From Bradyrhizobiaceae bacterium (GTDB lineage: Bacteria; Pseudomonadota; Alphaproteobacteria; Rhizobiales; Beijerinckiaceae): a stretch of DNA of 64,000 nucleotides. The stretch lies in contig JAKFDB010000067.1 in the NCBI GenBank assembly GCA_036676315.1, forward strand, positions 2,180 to 66,179, written 5' to 3'. A model generated the notes under the pieces. That model was not told the DNA's origin. It ran no database searches and was given only the letters and a program-made list of their open reading frames with translations. Of this stretch, positions 1 through 9,948 are shown in pieces. The translations under genes and the position numbers were made by a program. Positions within the stretch are counted from its first letter, which is position 1; every line of letters begins with the position of its first letter.

Positions 1-2
1 AT

Positions 3-1676
3 CAGTTCCGGAGATTTGGCGCGGCGCGGCTGGCGGCGATGCTGGCGGTGACGCTGGCGCTGGTCGGCTTCTTCGGCTTCGTCATGCTGCGCATGTCGCA
101 GCCGGCGATGGGCGTGCTGTTCGCCGACCTGTCGAGCCAGGATGTCAGTGCGATCCTGAAGGACCTCGATGCGCGTGGCGTCAAATACGAGCTGCGCGGC
201 GACGGTCAGACCATCCTGGCTCCCCGAACCGAGGTGCCGCGCCTGCGGCTTGATCTTGCCGGCAAGGGCATTCCGTCCGGCGGTGGCGTCGGCTACGAGA
301 TCTTCGACAAGGGCGACGCCTTCTCGTCGACCAGCTTCGTCCAGAACATCAACCATCTGCGCGCGCTCGAGGGCGAGCTGTCGCGCACCATCCGCTCGAT
401 CAGCCGGGTTCAGGCCGCCCGCGTCCACCTCGTCATCCCCGAGCGCCGCCTGTTCGAGCGCGACCGCGAGCCGCCGCGCGCCTCGATCGCGCTCAAGCTC
501 GCCGGTGATCTCGACGCCGCCCAGGTCCGGGCGGTACGCCATCTCGTCGCCTCGGCAGTGGACGGGCTGAAGCCCGAGCGGGTCTCGATCGTCGACGAGC
601 GCGGCCGGTTGCTGGCCGACGGTGCCCAGGGCGAGCAGGGCATGGCCGGCGTCGGCCTCGATGAGCGCCAGGGCGCGATCGAGCGGCGGATCAAGTCGCA
701 GGTCGAGGACATCGTCGCCAGCATCGTCGGTCCCGGCCGGGCGCGCGTCCAGGTCTCGGCCTCGCTCGACAGCAACCGCATCGAAAGCCGTTCGGAGACT
801 TTCGACCCCGAGAGCAAGGTCATCCGCTCGAGCCAGAACCGCAACGAGACCTCGAGCACCAACGAGGCGCGCGAGGGCGTCACCGTCGGCAACGAGCTGC
901 CGGGCGCCCAGCAGCCCAACCAGGCCCAGCAGGGCGTGCAGAAGGACGCCACCAACAAGAACGAGGAAGTGGTCAACTACGAGATCTCGCGCACCACGCG
1001 CACCGAGGTGCTCGAGGGCGGACGGGTGCGCAAGCTTTCGGTTGCGGTGCTGGTCGACGGCAACTATGCCCGCGGCCAGGGGGCCGAGGCGAGCTACCAG
1101 CCGCGCACCCAGGAGGAGCTGGAGCGGATCAGCCAGCTGGTGCGCACCGCCATCGGCTTCGATCGCCAGCGCGGCGACCAGGTCGAGGTCGTCAACCTGC
1201 GCTTCGCCGAAGGGCCGCAGGCGCAGGCGGATCTCATCGAGCAGAGCCTGATGCAGCAGCTCCTCTCCTTCACCAAGGAGGACATGGTCCGCTTCGCCGA
1301 GATCGGCGTGATCTCGCTCTTGATCCTGATCGTGCTGATGGTGGTGGTCCGCCCGCTGCTGAAGCAGGTGCTGGCACCCGAGCGCGATTTCCGGGCGATT
1401 CCGACCTTCATGCGCAATGGCGTGATCGTCACCACTGCCGAGCAGGGCACCGGCGATCCGGCCAGCTTGCCCTCCGGTTCCGGCGCCGGCTCGGGCTCGG
1501 GCGGGATCGGGGAGATCGACGTCGCCGCTCCGTCCGAGCGGATGCTGGCGATCGCCCAGGTCAAGGGCCAGCTCAAGGCCCAGTCGGTCGAGAAGATCGG
1601 CGCCATGGTCTCGCAGAACCCGGCCGATTCGGTCGCGGTGTTGCGCGGCTGGATCCACGAAAAAGCACCGGCGTAA
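3..1676 (+). CDS. fliF: Flagellar MS-ring protein FliF (5' end truncated by window edge)
   Basis: Frame is open from position 3 (QFRRFGAARLAAM). Contains GYEIFD, RALEGELSRTI and ARVHLVIPE motifs and two TM segments; directly upstream of fliG. Confidence 0.97.
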   Translation, partial: QFRRFGAARLAAMLAVTLALVGFFGFVMLRMSQPAMGVLFADLSSQDVSAILKDLDARGVKYELRGDGQTILAPRTEVPRLRLDLAGKGIPSGGGVGYEIFDKGDAFSSTSFVQNINHLRALEGELSRTIRSISRVQAARVHLVIPERRLFERDREPPRASIALKLAGDLDAAQVRAVRHLVASAVDGLKPERVSIVDERGRLLADGAQGEQGMAGVGLDERQGAIERRIKSQVEDIVASIVGPGRARVQVSASLDSNRIESRSETFDPESKVIRSSQNRNETSSTNEAREGVTVGNELPGAQQPNQAQQGVQKDATNKNEEVVNYEISRTTRTEVLEGGRVRKLSVAVLVDGNYARGQGAEASYQPRTQEELERISQLVRTAIGFDRQRGDQVEVVNLRFAEGPQAQADLIEQSLMQQLLSFTKEDMVRFAEIGVISLLILIVLMVVVRPLLKQVLAPERDFRAIPTFMRNGVIVTTAEQGTGDPASLPSGSGAGSGSGGIGEIDVAAPSERMLAIAQVKGQLKAQSVEKIGAMVSQNPADSVAVLRGWIHEKAPA

Positions 1677-1687
1677 GGGGCTGAGAC

Positions 1688-2767
1688 ATGGCCACACGCT
1701 CGATCGCCACCCGCAGCTCCGGCGACAACGACCTCGTCGAAAGCGGCGGCGGGATGCTGCCGATGTCGCTCGAGGGCATGACCGGCCCGCAGCGCGCCGC
1801 CGTCATCCTGCTGGTTCTCGGCGAGGATCATGGCCGGGTGATCTGGCAGGAGTTCGACGACGAGGAGATCCGGATCATCACCCGGGCGATGGCGGAGCTC
1901 GGCACGGTCGATTCCGACCAGGTCGAGCGGCTGATGCTCGAATTCGTCGGCAAGCTCTCCAGCGCCGGCGCGATCACCGGCTCTTTCGACCGGACGATCT
2001 CGCTGCTGGAGAAGATCCTGCCGACCGATCAGGTTGCCCTGATCATGGAGGAAATCCGCGGCCCGGCCGGCCGCAACATGTGGCAGAAGCTCGGCAATAT
2101 CGACGCCGTCGTGCTCGCCAACTTCCTCAAGAACGAGTACCCGCAGACCATCGCGGTGATCCTGTCGCGCATCCGTCCCGAGCATTCCGCCAATGTGCTG
2201 CGCAATCTGCCCGGTGAGCTCTCGATCGAGGTGGTGAGCCGGATGCTGCGGATGGAATCGGTGCAGAAGGAAGCGCTCGACCATATCGAGAACACGCTGC
2301 GCACGGAGTTCGTCTCGACCTTGACGCAGACGCGCCGGCGCGACCCGCACGAGATGATGGCCGAGATCTTCAACGGCTTCGACCGTCAGACCGAGATGCG
2401 TTTCCTCGCCGCGCTCGATGCCACCAACCAGGAATCGGCCGAGCGCATCCGGGCGCTGATGTTCACCTTCGAGGACCTCGCCAAGCTCGATTCTGCCGGG
2501 CTGCAGACGCTGATGCGCCAGATCGACAAGGACACGCTGGCGCGCGCCCTAAAGGGTGCAGGCGAAGAAATGCGCAACTTCTTCCTCGGCGCCATGTCGC
2601 AACGCGCCGCGAAAAATCTGCTGGACGACATGCAGGGACTCGGGCCGCTGCGCCTCAAGGAAGTCGATGAGGCGCAGATGAAGATGGTGACGCTGACCAA
2701 GGACCTCTCCGAGAAGGGCGAGATCGTCATCGCCAAGGGCAATTCCGAAGACGAGCTGGTGTACTGA
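1688..2767 (+). CDS. fliG: Flagellar motor switch protein FliG
   Basis: EYPQTIAVILS, MFTFEDL and MSQRAAKNL motifs; operon position. Confidence 0.97.
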   Translation: MATRSIATRSSGDNDLVESGGGMLPMSLEGMTGPQRAAVILLVLGEDHGRVIWQEFDDEEIRIITRAMAELGTVDSDQVERLMLEFVGKLSSAGAITGSFDRTISLLEKILPTDQVALIMEEIRGPAGRNMWQKLGNIDAVVLANFLKNEYPQTIAVILSRIRPEHSANVLRNLPGELSIEVVSRMLRMESVQKEALDHIENTLRTEFVSTLTQTRRRDPHEMMAEIFNGFDRQTEMRFLAALDATNQESAERIRALMFTFEDLAKLDSAGLQTLMRQIDKDTLARALKGAGEEMRNFFLGAMSQRAAKNLLDDMQGLGPLRLKEVDEAQMKMVTLTKDLSEKGEIVIAKGNSEDELVY

Positions 2768-2769
2768 CG

Positions 2770-3372
2770 ATGGCCGCAGCCAAGAAATTCCTGTTCGAGA
2801 CCGATTTCCGCAGCGATGGCCGCCGCGGGGTCGACGAGGCGGCGCTCGCTGCCGCCCGGGCCGAAGGGGTGCGCAGCGGCCAGGAGCAGGCACGGCGCGA
2901 GGCCGACGAACAGGCCGGGGTGGCACTGTCGCAACTGGTCCGGTCCTGCGAGCGGCTCCTGGCGCAGCAGGACGAGCGGCTCGCCGCGATCGAGGAACAA
3001 GCTGCGCATCTTGCGGTGGCTGCGGCGCGCGGCCTTGCAGGAGCAGCGCTGGCGGACAAGCCGCTGGTGCAGCTCATGGCGGCTGCCCGTGAATGCCTCG
3101 GTCATGCGCGGCAGGCGCCGCATCTGGTGATCCACGTGCATGAGAGCCTGGTGGAGACCGTCGAGGGCAAGCTGGCAGGCCTGGCGCGCGAAACCGGTTT
3201 CGCCGGACGGGTCGTCGTGCTCGGCGAGCCGGACATCGCTCTCGGCGACGGGCGGATCGAATGGGCCGATGGCGGGCTGGTCATCGACCGCTCCCAGCTC
3301 GATGACGCAATCGAGACGGCGATCAGAAGCGTATTTGGCCCGGCGTCTTCGCCCGGCCAGGCGGAGAGGTGA
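2770..3372 (+). CDS. fliH: Flagellar assembly protein FliH
   Basis: N-terminal KKFLFETDF and C-terminal GDGRIEWADGG; lies between fliG and fliN. Confidence 0.9.
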   Translation: MAAAKKFLFETDFRSDGRRGVDEAALAAARAEGVRSGQEQARREADEQAGVALSQLVRSCERLLAQQDERLAAIEEQAAHLAVAAARGLAGAALADKPLVQLMAAARECLGHARQAPHLVIHVHESLVETVEGKLAGLARETGFAGRVVVLGEPDIALGDGRIEWADGGLVIDRSQLDDAIETAIRSVFGPASSPGQAER

Positions 3373-3377
3373 CAGAC

Positions 3378-3728
3378 ATGGCCGACAACGACCTCAACCT
3401 GCCGCCGCTCAATCCCGCCGATCTGTCCTTCGATCACAACAACGACACCTCCGTCGCCCGCTCGGGCCCGGTGCCGGTGAAGACGGCCGAGGATCTGGAG
3501 CAGGTCTTCGACGTGCCGGTGACCGTCTCGGCGGTGCTCGGTTCCTCGCGCATCGCGGTCGGCGATCTCCTGCGGATCACCCCGGGCGCCGTGCTCGAGC
3601 TCGACCGGCGCGTCGGCGAGGCCATCGACATCTTCGTCAACGAGCGCCTGGTGGCGCGCGGCGAGGTGGTGGTGGTCGAGGAGCGCCTCGGCGTCACCAT
3701 GACGGAAATCATCAAGGCCGACCGGTGA
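3378..3728 (+). CDS. fliN: Flagellar switch protein FliN
   Basis: SpoA domain VFDVPVTVSAVLG...VGEAIDIFVNERLVARGEVVVV. Confidence 0.95.
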   Translation: MADNDLNLPPLNPADLSFDHNNDTSVARSGPVPVKTAEDLEQVFDVPVTVSAVLGSSRIAVGDLLRITPGAVLELDRRVGEAIDIFVNERLVARGEVVVVEERLGVTMTEIIKADR

Positions 3729-3772
3729 CGAACTGGGCAGCCACCGCAGATCACGCAAGGAAGGCCTGAGCC

Positions 3773-5137
3773 ATGCGCCTCATCATCGTCGGTAGCCTCA
3801 AGGGCCAGCTCATCACCGCGGCCAAGATCGCCGTCTCGCACGGCGCCGCCGTGACCCATGCGGAGAGCATCGAACAGGCGCTTGCGGTGCTGCGCGCCAA
3901 GGGCGGCGACCTCTTGATGGTCGATGTCGAGCAGCCGATCGCCAAACTGGTCGCGGCGCTGGAGGCCGAGCGCATCCGCACCCCGCTGGTCGCCTGCGGT
4001 ACCTCGACCGATGCGCGGGCCGCGGTCGCGGCGATCCAGGCCGGCGCGCGCGAATATGTGCCCCTGCCGCCTGATCCCGAGCTGATCGCGGCGGTGCTCG
4101 CCGCCGTCGCCTCCGACAAGGCCAGCCTGATCTGGCGCGATCCGGCGATGGAGCGTGTCGTCCAGCTCGCCAACCAGATCGCCCGCTCCGACGCGCCGGT
4201 GCTGGTGACCGGCGAGAGCGGCACCGGCAAGGAGATGATCGCCCAGCATCTGCACCAGAAGTCGCTGCGCAAGGACAAGCCCTTCGTCGCGGTGAACTGC
4301 GCGGCCATTCCCGACAACCTGCTGGAATCCGAGCTGTTCGGCCATGAGAAGGGCGCTTTCACGGGGGCGATCGCCCGGCGCATCGGCAAGTTCGAGGAAG
4401 CCAATGGCGGCACGCTGCTGCTCGACGAGGTCTCGGAGATGGACGTCCGGCTGCAGGCCAAGCTGCTGCGCGCCCTGCAGGAACGGATGATCGACCGGGT
4501 CGGCGGTTCCCAGCCCGTCAAGGTGGACCTGCGCATCATCGCGACCTCGAACCGCAATCTCGGCGACGCCGTGCGCGAAGGTTCGTTCCGCGAGGATCTG
4601 TTCTACCGGCTCAATGTCGTGCACCTGCGTCTGCCGGCGCTGCGCGAGCGGCCGGGCGACATCCTGGCGCTGGCCGACCATTTTGCCAGGAAATATGCCG
4701 AGCTGAACGGACTGCCGCTGCGCCCGATCGCCACCGAGGCGCGCAAGCTGCTGCTCGCCAATGGCTGGCGCGGCAATGTCCGCGAACTCGAGAACACCGT
4801 GCATCGCGCCGTGCTGCTGGCGCAGGGCGTCGAGATCGGCACGGAGGCGATGCTGACGCCGGAGGGCGAGACGCTCGGGCCGGCCACCGGCCGCGATGCC
4901 GCCTCGCGCGCCGCCCAGACGGCGGAGGCGATGACGCGCGGCCTGGTCGGGCGCACCGTCGCCGATGTCGAGCGCGACCTGATCCTCGACACTCTCGACC
5001 ATTGCCTCGGCAATCGCACGCATGCGTCGAAGATCCTCGGCATCTCGATCCGGACCCTGCGCAACAAGCTCGGCGAATATCTTTCTGCCGGAATCCCGGT
5101 CGCGGAGCCGGGGCAGGCGCGGACGCAGTCGCTCTGA
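3773..5137 (+). CDS. flbD: Sigma54-dependent flagellar activator FlbD (atypical REC, AAA+, HTH)
   Basis: [21 protein letters not shown] and C-terminal [12 protein letters not shown]; follows fliN as in Caulobacter-type clusters. Confidence 0.92.
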   Translation: MRLIIVGSLKGQLITAAKIAVSHGAAVTHAESIEQALAVLRAKGGDLLMVDVEQPIAKLVAALEAERIRTPLVACGTSTDARAAVAAIQAGAREYVPLPPDPELIAAVLAAVASDKASLIWRDPAMERVVQLANQIARSDAPVLVTGESGTGKEMIAQHLHQKSLRKDKPFVAVNCAAIPDNLLESELFGHEKGAFTGAIARRIGKFEEANGGTLLLDEVSEMDVRLQAKLLRALQERMIDRVGGSQPVKVDLRIIATSNRNLGDAVREGSFREDLFYRLNVVHLRLPALRERPGDILALADHFARKYAELNGLPLRPIATEARKLLLANGWRGNVRELENTVHRAVLLAQGVEIGTEAMLTPEGETLGPATGRDAASRAAQTAEAMTRGLVGRTVADVERDLILDTLDHCLGNRTHASKILGISIRTLRNKLGEYLSAGIPVAEPGQARTQSL

Positions 5138-5154
5138 CGGACGCTCAAACGAAG

Positions 5155-5180
5155 CGGGCCGGAGCGAAGGCTCCGGCCCG
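5155..5180. terminator. GC-rich hairpin between convergent flbD and small protein gene
   Basis: CGGGCCGGAGC-gaag-GCTCCGGCCCG, a perfect 11-bp stem. Confidence 0.7.
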
Positions 5181-5191
5181 TCGAAAACCGC

Positions 5192-5512
5192 TCAGTAGTA
5201 GTAACGGCGGCGATAATAGGGCCGCGGGCGATAATAGTAGCGCGGGCGATAATAGGGACGCCGATAATAGCGCGGACGATAGTAAGGGCGCCGATAATAG
5301 GGGCGGCGATAATAATACTGGCTGAAATCAGCGTCGGTCTTGTCCAGCGCGGCGCTGGTCTCGGCGTCGAGTGCTTCCGGCGCCTTGGGCTCGGGCTCAG
5401 GCGTCGGCGTCGGAACGAGCTTCGGCTGCGCCGCTTCCGCGGCGGCGATGCCGCCGATGCTGGCAGCGGCGAGACCGCCGAACAGCGCCATCACGAATGA
5501 ACGTCTATCCAT
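5192..5512 (-). CDS. Small Tat-signal protein with Tyr/Arg/Pro repeat C-terminus (106 aa)
   Basis: GGAGG RBS and ATG at 5512; MDRRSF twin-arginine motif, hydrophobic stretch, AEA site, Pro-rich linker, LDKTDADFSQ, then 41 aa made only of Y, R and P. Confidence 0.85.
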   Translation of the reverse strand: MDRRSFVMALFGGLAAASIGGIAAAEAAQPKLVPTPTPEPEPKAPEALDAETSAALDKTDADFSQYYYRRPYYRRPYYRPRYYRRPYYRPRYYYRPRPYYRRRYYY

Positions 5513-5716
5513 GCATTCCTCCATCAGGTTCGATCCGAGCGCCGCGTTCCCGCGAGGCCACTCTATTCCCCGTCCGACCATCCGTCACGTCCGGGACGCG
5601 CCGAGAGCCGGCGGGAACTGACGGCGCGGGAGTCCGGCCGTTAGCGCTTTGGGGCGATCTGAGGCGGAATCGCCGCGCCTCGTCAGGGCCCCGCAATTTC
5701 ACGCGCCCGGGCGGCT

Positions 5717-7150
5717 TCATAGCGCACCGAGCGGCCGGCTGACGTCCTCCAGGGAGCGTCGTTCGGCCCGTACCGCGAATTTCCAGGCGATCAGCCCGGC
5801 GCCGATCATCAGCACGGCACCGAACAGATAGCCGCCGAAGACGCTGCCGCGCGAGCCGGTGTCGATCAGCGCGCCGAACAGCCAGGGACCGGCAACGCCG
5901 CCGAGACCGGTGCCGAGCGCATAGAAGACGGCGATGGCGAGCGCCCTGATCTCGAGCGGATAGGTTTCGCTCACCGTCAGATACGCCGAACTTGCCGCGG
6001 CGGATGCGAAGAAGAAGACGACGCTCCAGCAGGCGGTGAGCTGCGCGGCGCTGAGCCAGTCGCGCTCGAAGAGGAAGCCGGTTCCGGCCAGAAGAACGCC
6101 CGACAGCACATAGGTCGCCGCGATCATCGTCCGTCGCCCGAGGCTGTCGAAGAGCCGGCCGAGCAGGAGCGGGCCGAGGAAGTTGCCGGCGGCGAAGGGC
6201 AGGATGAACCAGCCGATCGCATTGGACGGGACATCGTAGAAATCGGTCAGGATCAGCGCATAGCTGAAGAAGATGGCGTTGTAGAAGAAGGCCTGCGAGG
6301 ACATCAGCGCCAGCGCCACCAGCGTGCGCGGGCGGTGGGTCACGAACAGGGTGTGGCCGACTTCCTTCATCGGCGTGAAGCTTCGCGGCCGGAGCGTCAG
6401 CGTCGGCAACGGTAGCTGCGATGCGGGCGCGGGGCCGAAGGCCTCGATCTTCGCCACGACGGCTTCCGCCTCGGCGATGCGACCATGGCTCATCAGCCAG
6501 CGTGGGCTTTCGGGAATCCAGCGACGCAGGACGAGGATGATCAGGCCGAGCGCGGCGCCGATGAAGAAGGCGAGGCGCCAACCGAGCTCCGGATCGATCA
6601 CCCTGGGGTCGAGCAGCACGATGGCGCCGACGCCACCCATCGCGGCGCCGACCCAGAAGGAGCCGTTGATGACGAGGTCGGTCCAGCCGCGGACGCGGGC
6701 CGGGATCAGCTCCTGGATGGTTGAGTTGATCGCCGTGTATTCGCCGCCGATGCCCATTCCGGTCACGAAGCGGAAGAGCAGGAAGCTCCAGAGATTCCAC
6801 GAGAAGGCGGTGGCGGCGGTGGCGGCGAGGTAGACGAAGAGGGTGATCGAGAACAGGCGCTTGCGGCCGAGCCGGTCGGTCAGCCAGCCAAAGAGCAGGG
6901 CGCCGATCACCGCACCGGCCAGATAGGCGGCGCCGGCCAGTCCGACATCGGTATTGCTGAAGCGCAGGACCGGGCTTTCCTTGAGTGCGCCGGAGACTGC
7001 GCCAGCCAGCGTGACCTCGAGCCCGTCGAGGATCCAGGTGATGCCGAGGGCGACGACGACGAGCGTGTGGAAGCGCGACCAGGACAGCCGGTCGAGCCTG
7101 GCTGGAATGTCGGTGACGATCTCGCGGGGGATGTCGCGCGCTTCGTTCAC
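5717..7150 (-). CDS. MFS transporter (sugar/aromatic acid porter-like)
   Basis: About 12 TM segments; GWLTDRLGRKR, GMGIGGEY and IPESPRWL motifs; GTG start. Confidence 0.92.
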   Translation of the reverse strand: MNEARDIPREIVTDIPARLDRLSWSRFHTLVVVALGITWILDGLEVTLAGAVSGALKESPVLRFSNTDVGLAGAAYLAGAVIGALLFGWLTDRLGRKRLFSITLFVYLAATAATAFSWNLWSFLLFRFVTGMGIGGEYTAINSTIQELIPARVRGWTDLVINGSFWVGAAMGGVGAIVLLDPRVIDPELGWRLAFFIGAALGLIILVLRRWIPESPRWLMSHGRIAEAEAVVAKIEAFGPAPASQLPLPTLTLRPRSFTPMKEVGHTLFVTHRPRTLVALALMSSQAFFYNAIFFSYALILTDFYDVPSNAIGWFILPFAAGNFLGPLLLGRLFDSLGRRTMIAATYVLSGVLLAGTGFLFERDWLSAAQLTACWSVVFFFASAAASSAYLTVSETYPLEIRALAIAVFYALGTGLGGVAGPWLFGALIDTGSRGSVFGGYLFGAVLMIGAGLIAWKFAVRAERRSLEDVSRPLGAL

Positions 7151-7189
7151 TGCTCCCGTCCCGTCAAGGCGCGGCTGAGTGGCCGCGAG

Positions 7190-7219
7190 AAGGAAAAGGC
7201 CGGCGCCTTGGCGCCGGCC
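7190..7219 (-). terminator. Rho-independent terminator after second small Tat protein
   Basis: 9-bp stem GGCCGGCGC/GCGCCGGCC followed by TTTTCCTTCT on the minus strand. Confidence 0.7.
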
Positions 7220-7228
7220 CGTTCGGCA

Positions 7229-7573
7229 TCAGCGCACGTAGACGCGGCGCGGGCGTACGACGGTGGTGCGCCGGACCACGACCGGGCGGCGGTAATAGCC
7301 GGGCGGCCGGCGGACTACCGTGGTGCGCCGGACCACGACCGGACGGCGATAATAGCCGGCCGGACGGCGCACGACGGTGGTACGGCGGACGACGGCCTGG
7401 CTGAAATCGGCCTCGGTCTGGTCGAGCCCGGCCTTCAATTCGGGCGCGAGATCCTCGGGATTGGGAACCGGGGTGGCCGCAGCAGGAGCGGCCGCCTGGG
7501 CCAGGCTGACGCCGCCGAGGCCGGCGGCGGCGAGGCCGCCGAAAAGGCTCAGTACAAATGAACGTCTATCCAA
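7229..7573 (-). CDS. Small Tat-signal protein with VVRRTTVVRRPxGYYRRPV repeats (114 aa), paralog of 5192-5512
   Basis: GGAGG RBS and TTG start at 7573; (M)DRRSFVLSLFGGLAAA, LDQTEADFSQ, then 19-aa tandem repeats. Confidence 0.85.
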   Translation of the reverse strand: MDRRSFVLSLFGGLAAAGLGGVSLAQAAAPAAATPVPNPEDLAPELKAGLDQTEADFSQAVVRRTTVVRRPAGYYRRPVVVRRTTVVRRPPGYYRRPVVVRRTTVVRPRRVYVR

Positions 7574-7665
7574 GATTTCCTCCAATAAATCCGGCCCGAA
7601 AGCCCGAGTTCGTCGACCCGGTGCGAGTTGGCTGGCCGAATGCGGCCAGAACGGGGCCATTCGAT

Positions 7666-7690
7666 AACGGTCTGTTCAGGGAAAGGTTCC
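7666..7690 (-). promoter_or_regulatory. EcfG/sigmaT-type promoter GGAAC-N16-CGTT
   Basis: Minus strand reads GGAAC CTTTCCCTGAACAGAC CGTT, about 90 nt upstream of the TTG at 7573. Confidence 0.75.
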
Positions 7691-7712
7691 AGACGGGATT
7701 TTTTCGCCTGCC

Positions 7713-7729
7713 TTAACCACTCGTTCACC
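7713..7729 (+). promoter_or_regulatory. CtrA-binding box upstream of flhA
   Basis: TTAA-CCACTCG-TTCACC, one mismatch to TTAA-N7-TTAAC. Confidence 0.75.
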
Positions 7730-7798
7730 ATGCACCCGGCAAGAATTGCCGGGTACGGGTCGCGCCTCGCGATGACCGTGCATGGGGCGGGCTACTCG

Positions 7799-9925
7799 AT
7801 GAGCGATGTGACAGCAGGCGCGAGCGGCGGCATGACGATGCCGACCCGCGGCCAGATGGGCACCTGGCTCAACCGGCCGGACCTGTTCCTCGCCATCGGC
7901 GTGATGGGCATCCTCGTGGTGCTGATCTTCCCGCTGCCGGCGGTTCTGCTCGACCTGCTGCTGGCGCTCTCGATCATCCTGTCGGTGCTGGTGCTGATGA
8001 CGGCGCTGTTCATCGAGGAGCCGCTCGAGTTCTCCGCCTTCCCGACCGTGCTGCTGATCGTCACCATGTTCCGGCTGGCGCTCAACCTCGCCTCGACGCG
8101 CCTGATCCTGTCGCATGGGCATGAGGGCGGCGCGGCTGCCGGCCATGTCATCGAGGCCTTCGGCAACTTCGTGATGAGCGGCAATTTCGTGATCGGGGTG
8201 ATCGTCTTCACCATCCTGATCATCGTCAACTTCGTCGTCATCACCAAGGGTTCGGGCCGCATCGCCGAGGTTGCGGCGCGCTTCGCGCTCGACGCCCTGC
8301 CGGGCAAGCAGATGGCGATCGACGCCGATCTCTCGGCCGGGCTGATCGACCAGGATGTCGCCAAGGCCCGCCGCAAGGCGCTGGAGGACGAGGCCTCGTT
8401 CTTCGGCTCGATGGACGGCGCCTCGAAATTCGTGCGCGGCGACGCCATCGCCGGCCTGCTGATCACCTTCATCAACGTCATCGGCGGCATCATCATCGGC
8501 GTCGCGCAGCAGGGCATGAGCTTCGGCGCCGCCGCCACCAACTACACTCAGCTGACCGTCGGCGACGGCCTCGTCAGCCAGATCCCGGCCTTGATCGTCT
8601 CGACCGCGGCGGGCCTGCTCGTCTCGAAATCGGGCGTGCGCGGTGCCGCCGACAAGGCGCTGGGCAAGCAGCTCTCGGGCTATCCCAAGGCGCTCGGCAT
8701 GTCGGCGGCGGTGATGGCGCTGATCGCGGTCCTGCCCGGCATTCCCATGCTGCCTTTCCTCGCGCTCGCCGGCGGCGCGGCCTGGCTCGCCCGCCATTTC
8801 GGCCAGATCGGCAAGGCGCGCGAAGCGGAGACCGCGGCGCGGGCGGCGCAGGAGGCCTCGCCGCTGGCTGCCGACGGCACGCCGAAGGAAGAGACGCTGA
8901 ACGATCTGCTGAAGCTCGACGAGCTCAAGATCGAGATCGGCTACGGGCTGCTGCCGCTGGTCAACGCGCCGGGCGGGGCCGATCGCTTGACCGACCAGGT
9001 GAGGGCGCTGCGCCGCCAGCTTGCCGCGGAACTGGGCTTCGTCATGCCGGCGGTGCGGATCGTCGACAACGTCCAGCTCGAGGCGAACCACTACTACATC
9101 AAGATCAAGGAGATCGATGCCGGTCACGGCATCGTCTATGCCGGCCAGTACATGGCGATGGATCCGATGGGCGGCAGCGTCAACCTGCCGGGCCACAACG
9201 TGCTGGAGCCGACCTTCGGCCTGCCAGCGACCTGGATCGACGCCGCCCTGCAGGACGAGGCGCAGCTGCGCGGCTTCACCGTCGTCGACGCCGCGACCGT
9301 GATCTCGACGCATCTCACCGAGGTGCTGAAGTCGCACATGCCGGAGCTGCTCTCGCATGGCGAGGTGCAGAAGCTGCTGCGCGAACTACCCAAGGACCAT
9401 GCCGACCTGGTCAAGGAGATCGTGCCGAGCCAGATCTCGACCACCGGCATCCAGCGCGTGCTGCAGCTCCTGCTCGCCGAGCGCATCTCGATCCGCGACC
9501 TTGCGACCATCGTCGAGGGCATCGCCGAGGTCGCCGGCGGCATCAAGAACCCGCGCGACATTGCCGAGCACGTCCGGGTGCGGCTCGCCCGCCAGATCTG
9601 CGCGCAGTTCTCCAACCAGCACGGGCAGTTGCCGATCATCACGATGTCACCGGCCTGGGAGAGCGTCTTCGCCGAATCGATCGTCGGCCAGGGCGAGGAT
9701 CGCCACCTCGCCATGCAGCCCTCGCGCCTGCAGGACTTCGTCCATGCGGTGCGCGACAAGTTCGAGGATGCGGCGCGGATGGGCGAGATGCCGGCGCTCG
9801 TCACCTCCGGCATGTCGCGGCCCTTCGTGCGCCAGATCGTCGAGCGCTTCCGGCGCGAGACCCCGGTGCTCTCGCAGGGCGAGATCCATCCGCGGGCCAA
9901 GCTCCGGACGGTGGGGAGCGTGTAA
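7799..9925 (+). CDS. flhA: Flagellar export protein FlhA
   Basis: FSAFPTVLL, RIAEVAARFALDALPGKQMAIDADL and GSMDGASKFVRGDA; likely start MSDV at 7799. Confidence 0.97.
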   Translation: MSDVTAGASGGMTMPTRGQMGTWLNRPDLFLAIGVMGILVVLIFPLPAVLLDLLLALSIILSVLVLMTALFIEEPLEFSAFPTVLLIVTMFRLALNLASTRLILSHGHEGGAAAGHVIEAFGNFVMSGNFVIGVIVFTILIIVNFVVITKGSGRIAEVAARFALDALPGKQMAIDADLSAGLIDQDVAKARRKALEDEASFFGSMDGASKFVRGDAIAGLLITFINVIGGIIIGVAQQGMSFGAAATNYTQLTVGDGLVSQIPALIVSTAAGLLVSKSGVRGAADKALGKQLSGYPKALGMSAAVMALIAVLPGIPMLPFLALAGGAAWLARHFGQIGKAREAETAARAAQEASPLAADGTPKEETLNDLLKLDELKIEIGYGLLPLVNAPGGADRLTDQVRALRRQLAAELGFVMPAVRIVDNVQLEANHYYIKIKEIDAGHGIVYAGQYMAMDPMGGSVNLPGHNVLEPTFGLPATWIDAALQDEAQLRGFTVVDAATVISTHLTEVLKSHMPELLSHGEVQKLLRELPKDHADLVKEIVPSQISTTGIQRVLQLLLAERISIRDLATIVEGIAEVAGGIKNPRDIAEHVRVRLARQICAQFSNQHGQLPIITMSPAWESVFAESIVGQGEDRHLAMQPSRLQDFVHAVRDKFEDAARMGEMPALVTSGMSRPFVRQIVERFRRETPVLSQGEIHPRAKLRTVGSV

Positions 9926-9948
9926 CTTCCCCGCTTCAAGACATGCCG

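Noticed and set aside
5200-5325. Regular GATAATAG repeats resembling a CRISPR or operator array
   Set aside because: They are the reverse complement of Tyr-Tyr-Arg codons in the small protein. Spacers are only a few nt and no cas genes are present.
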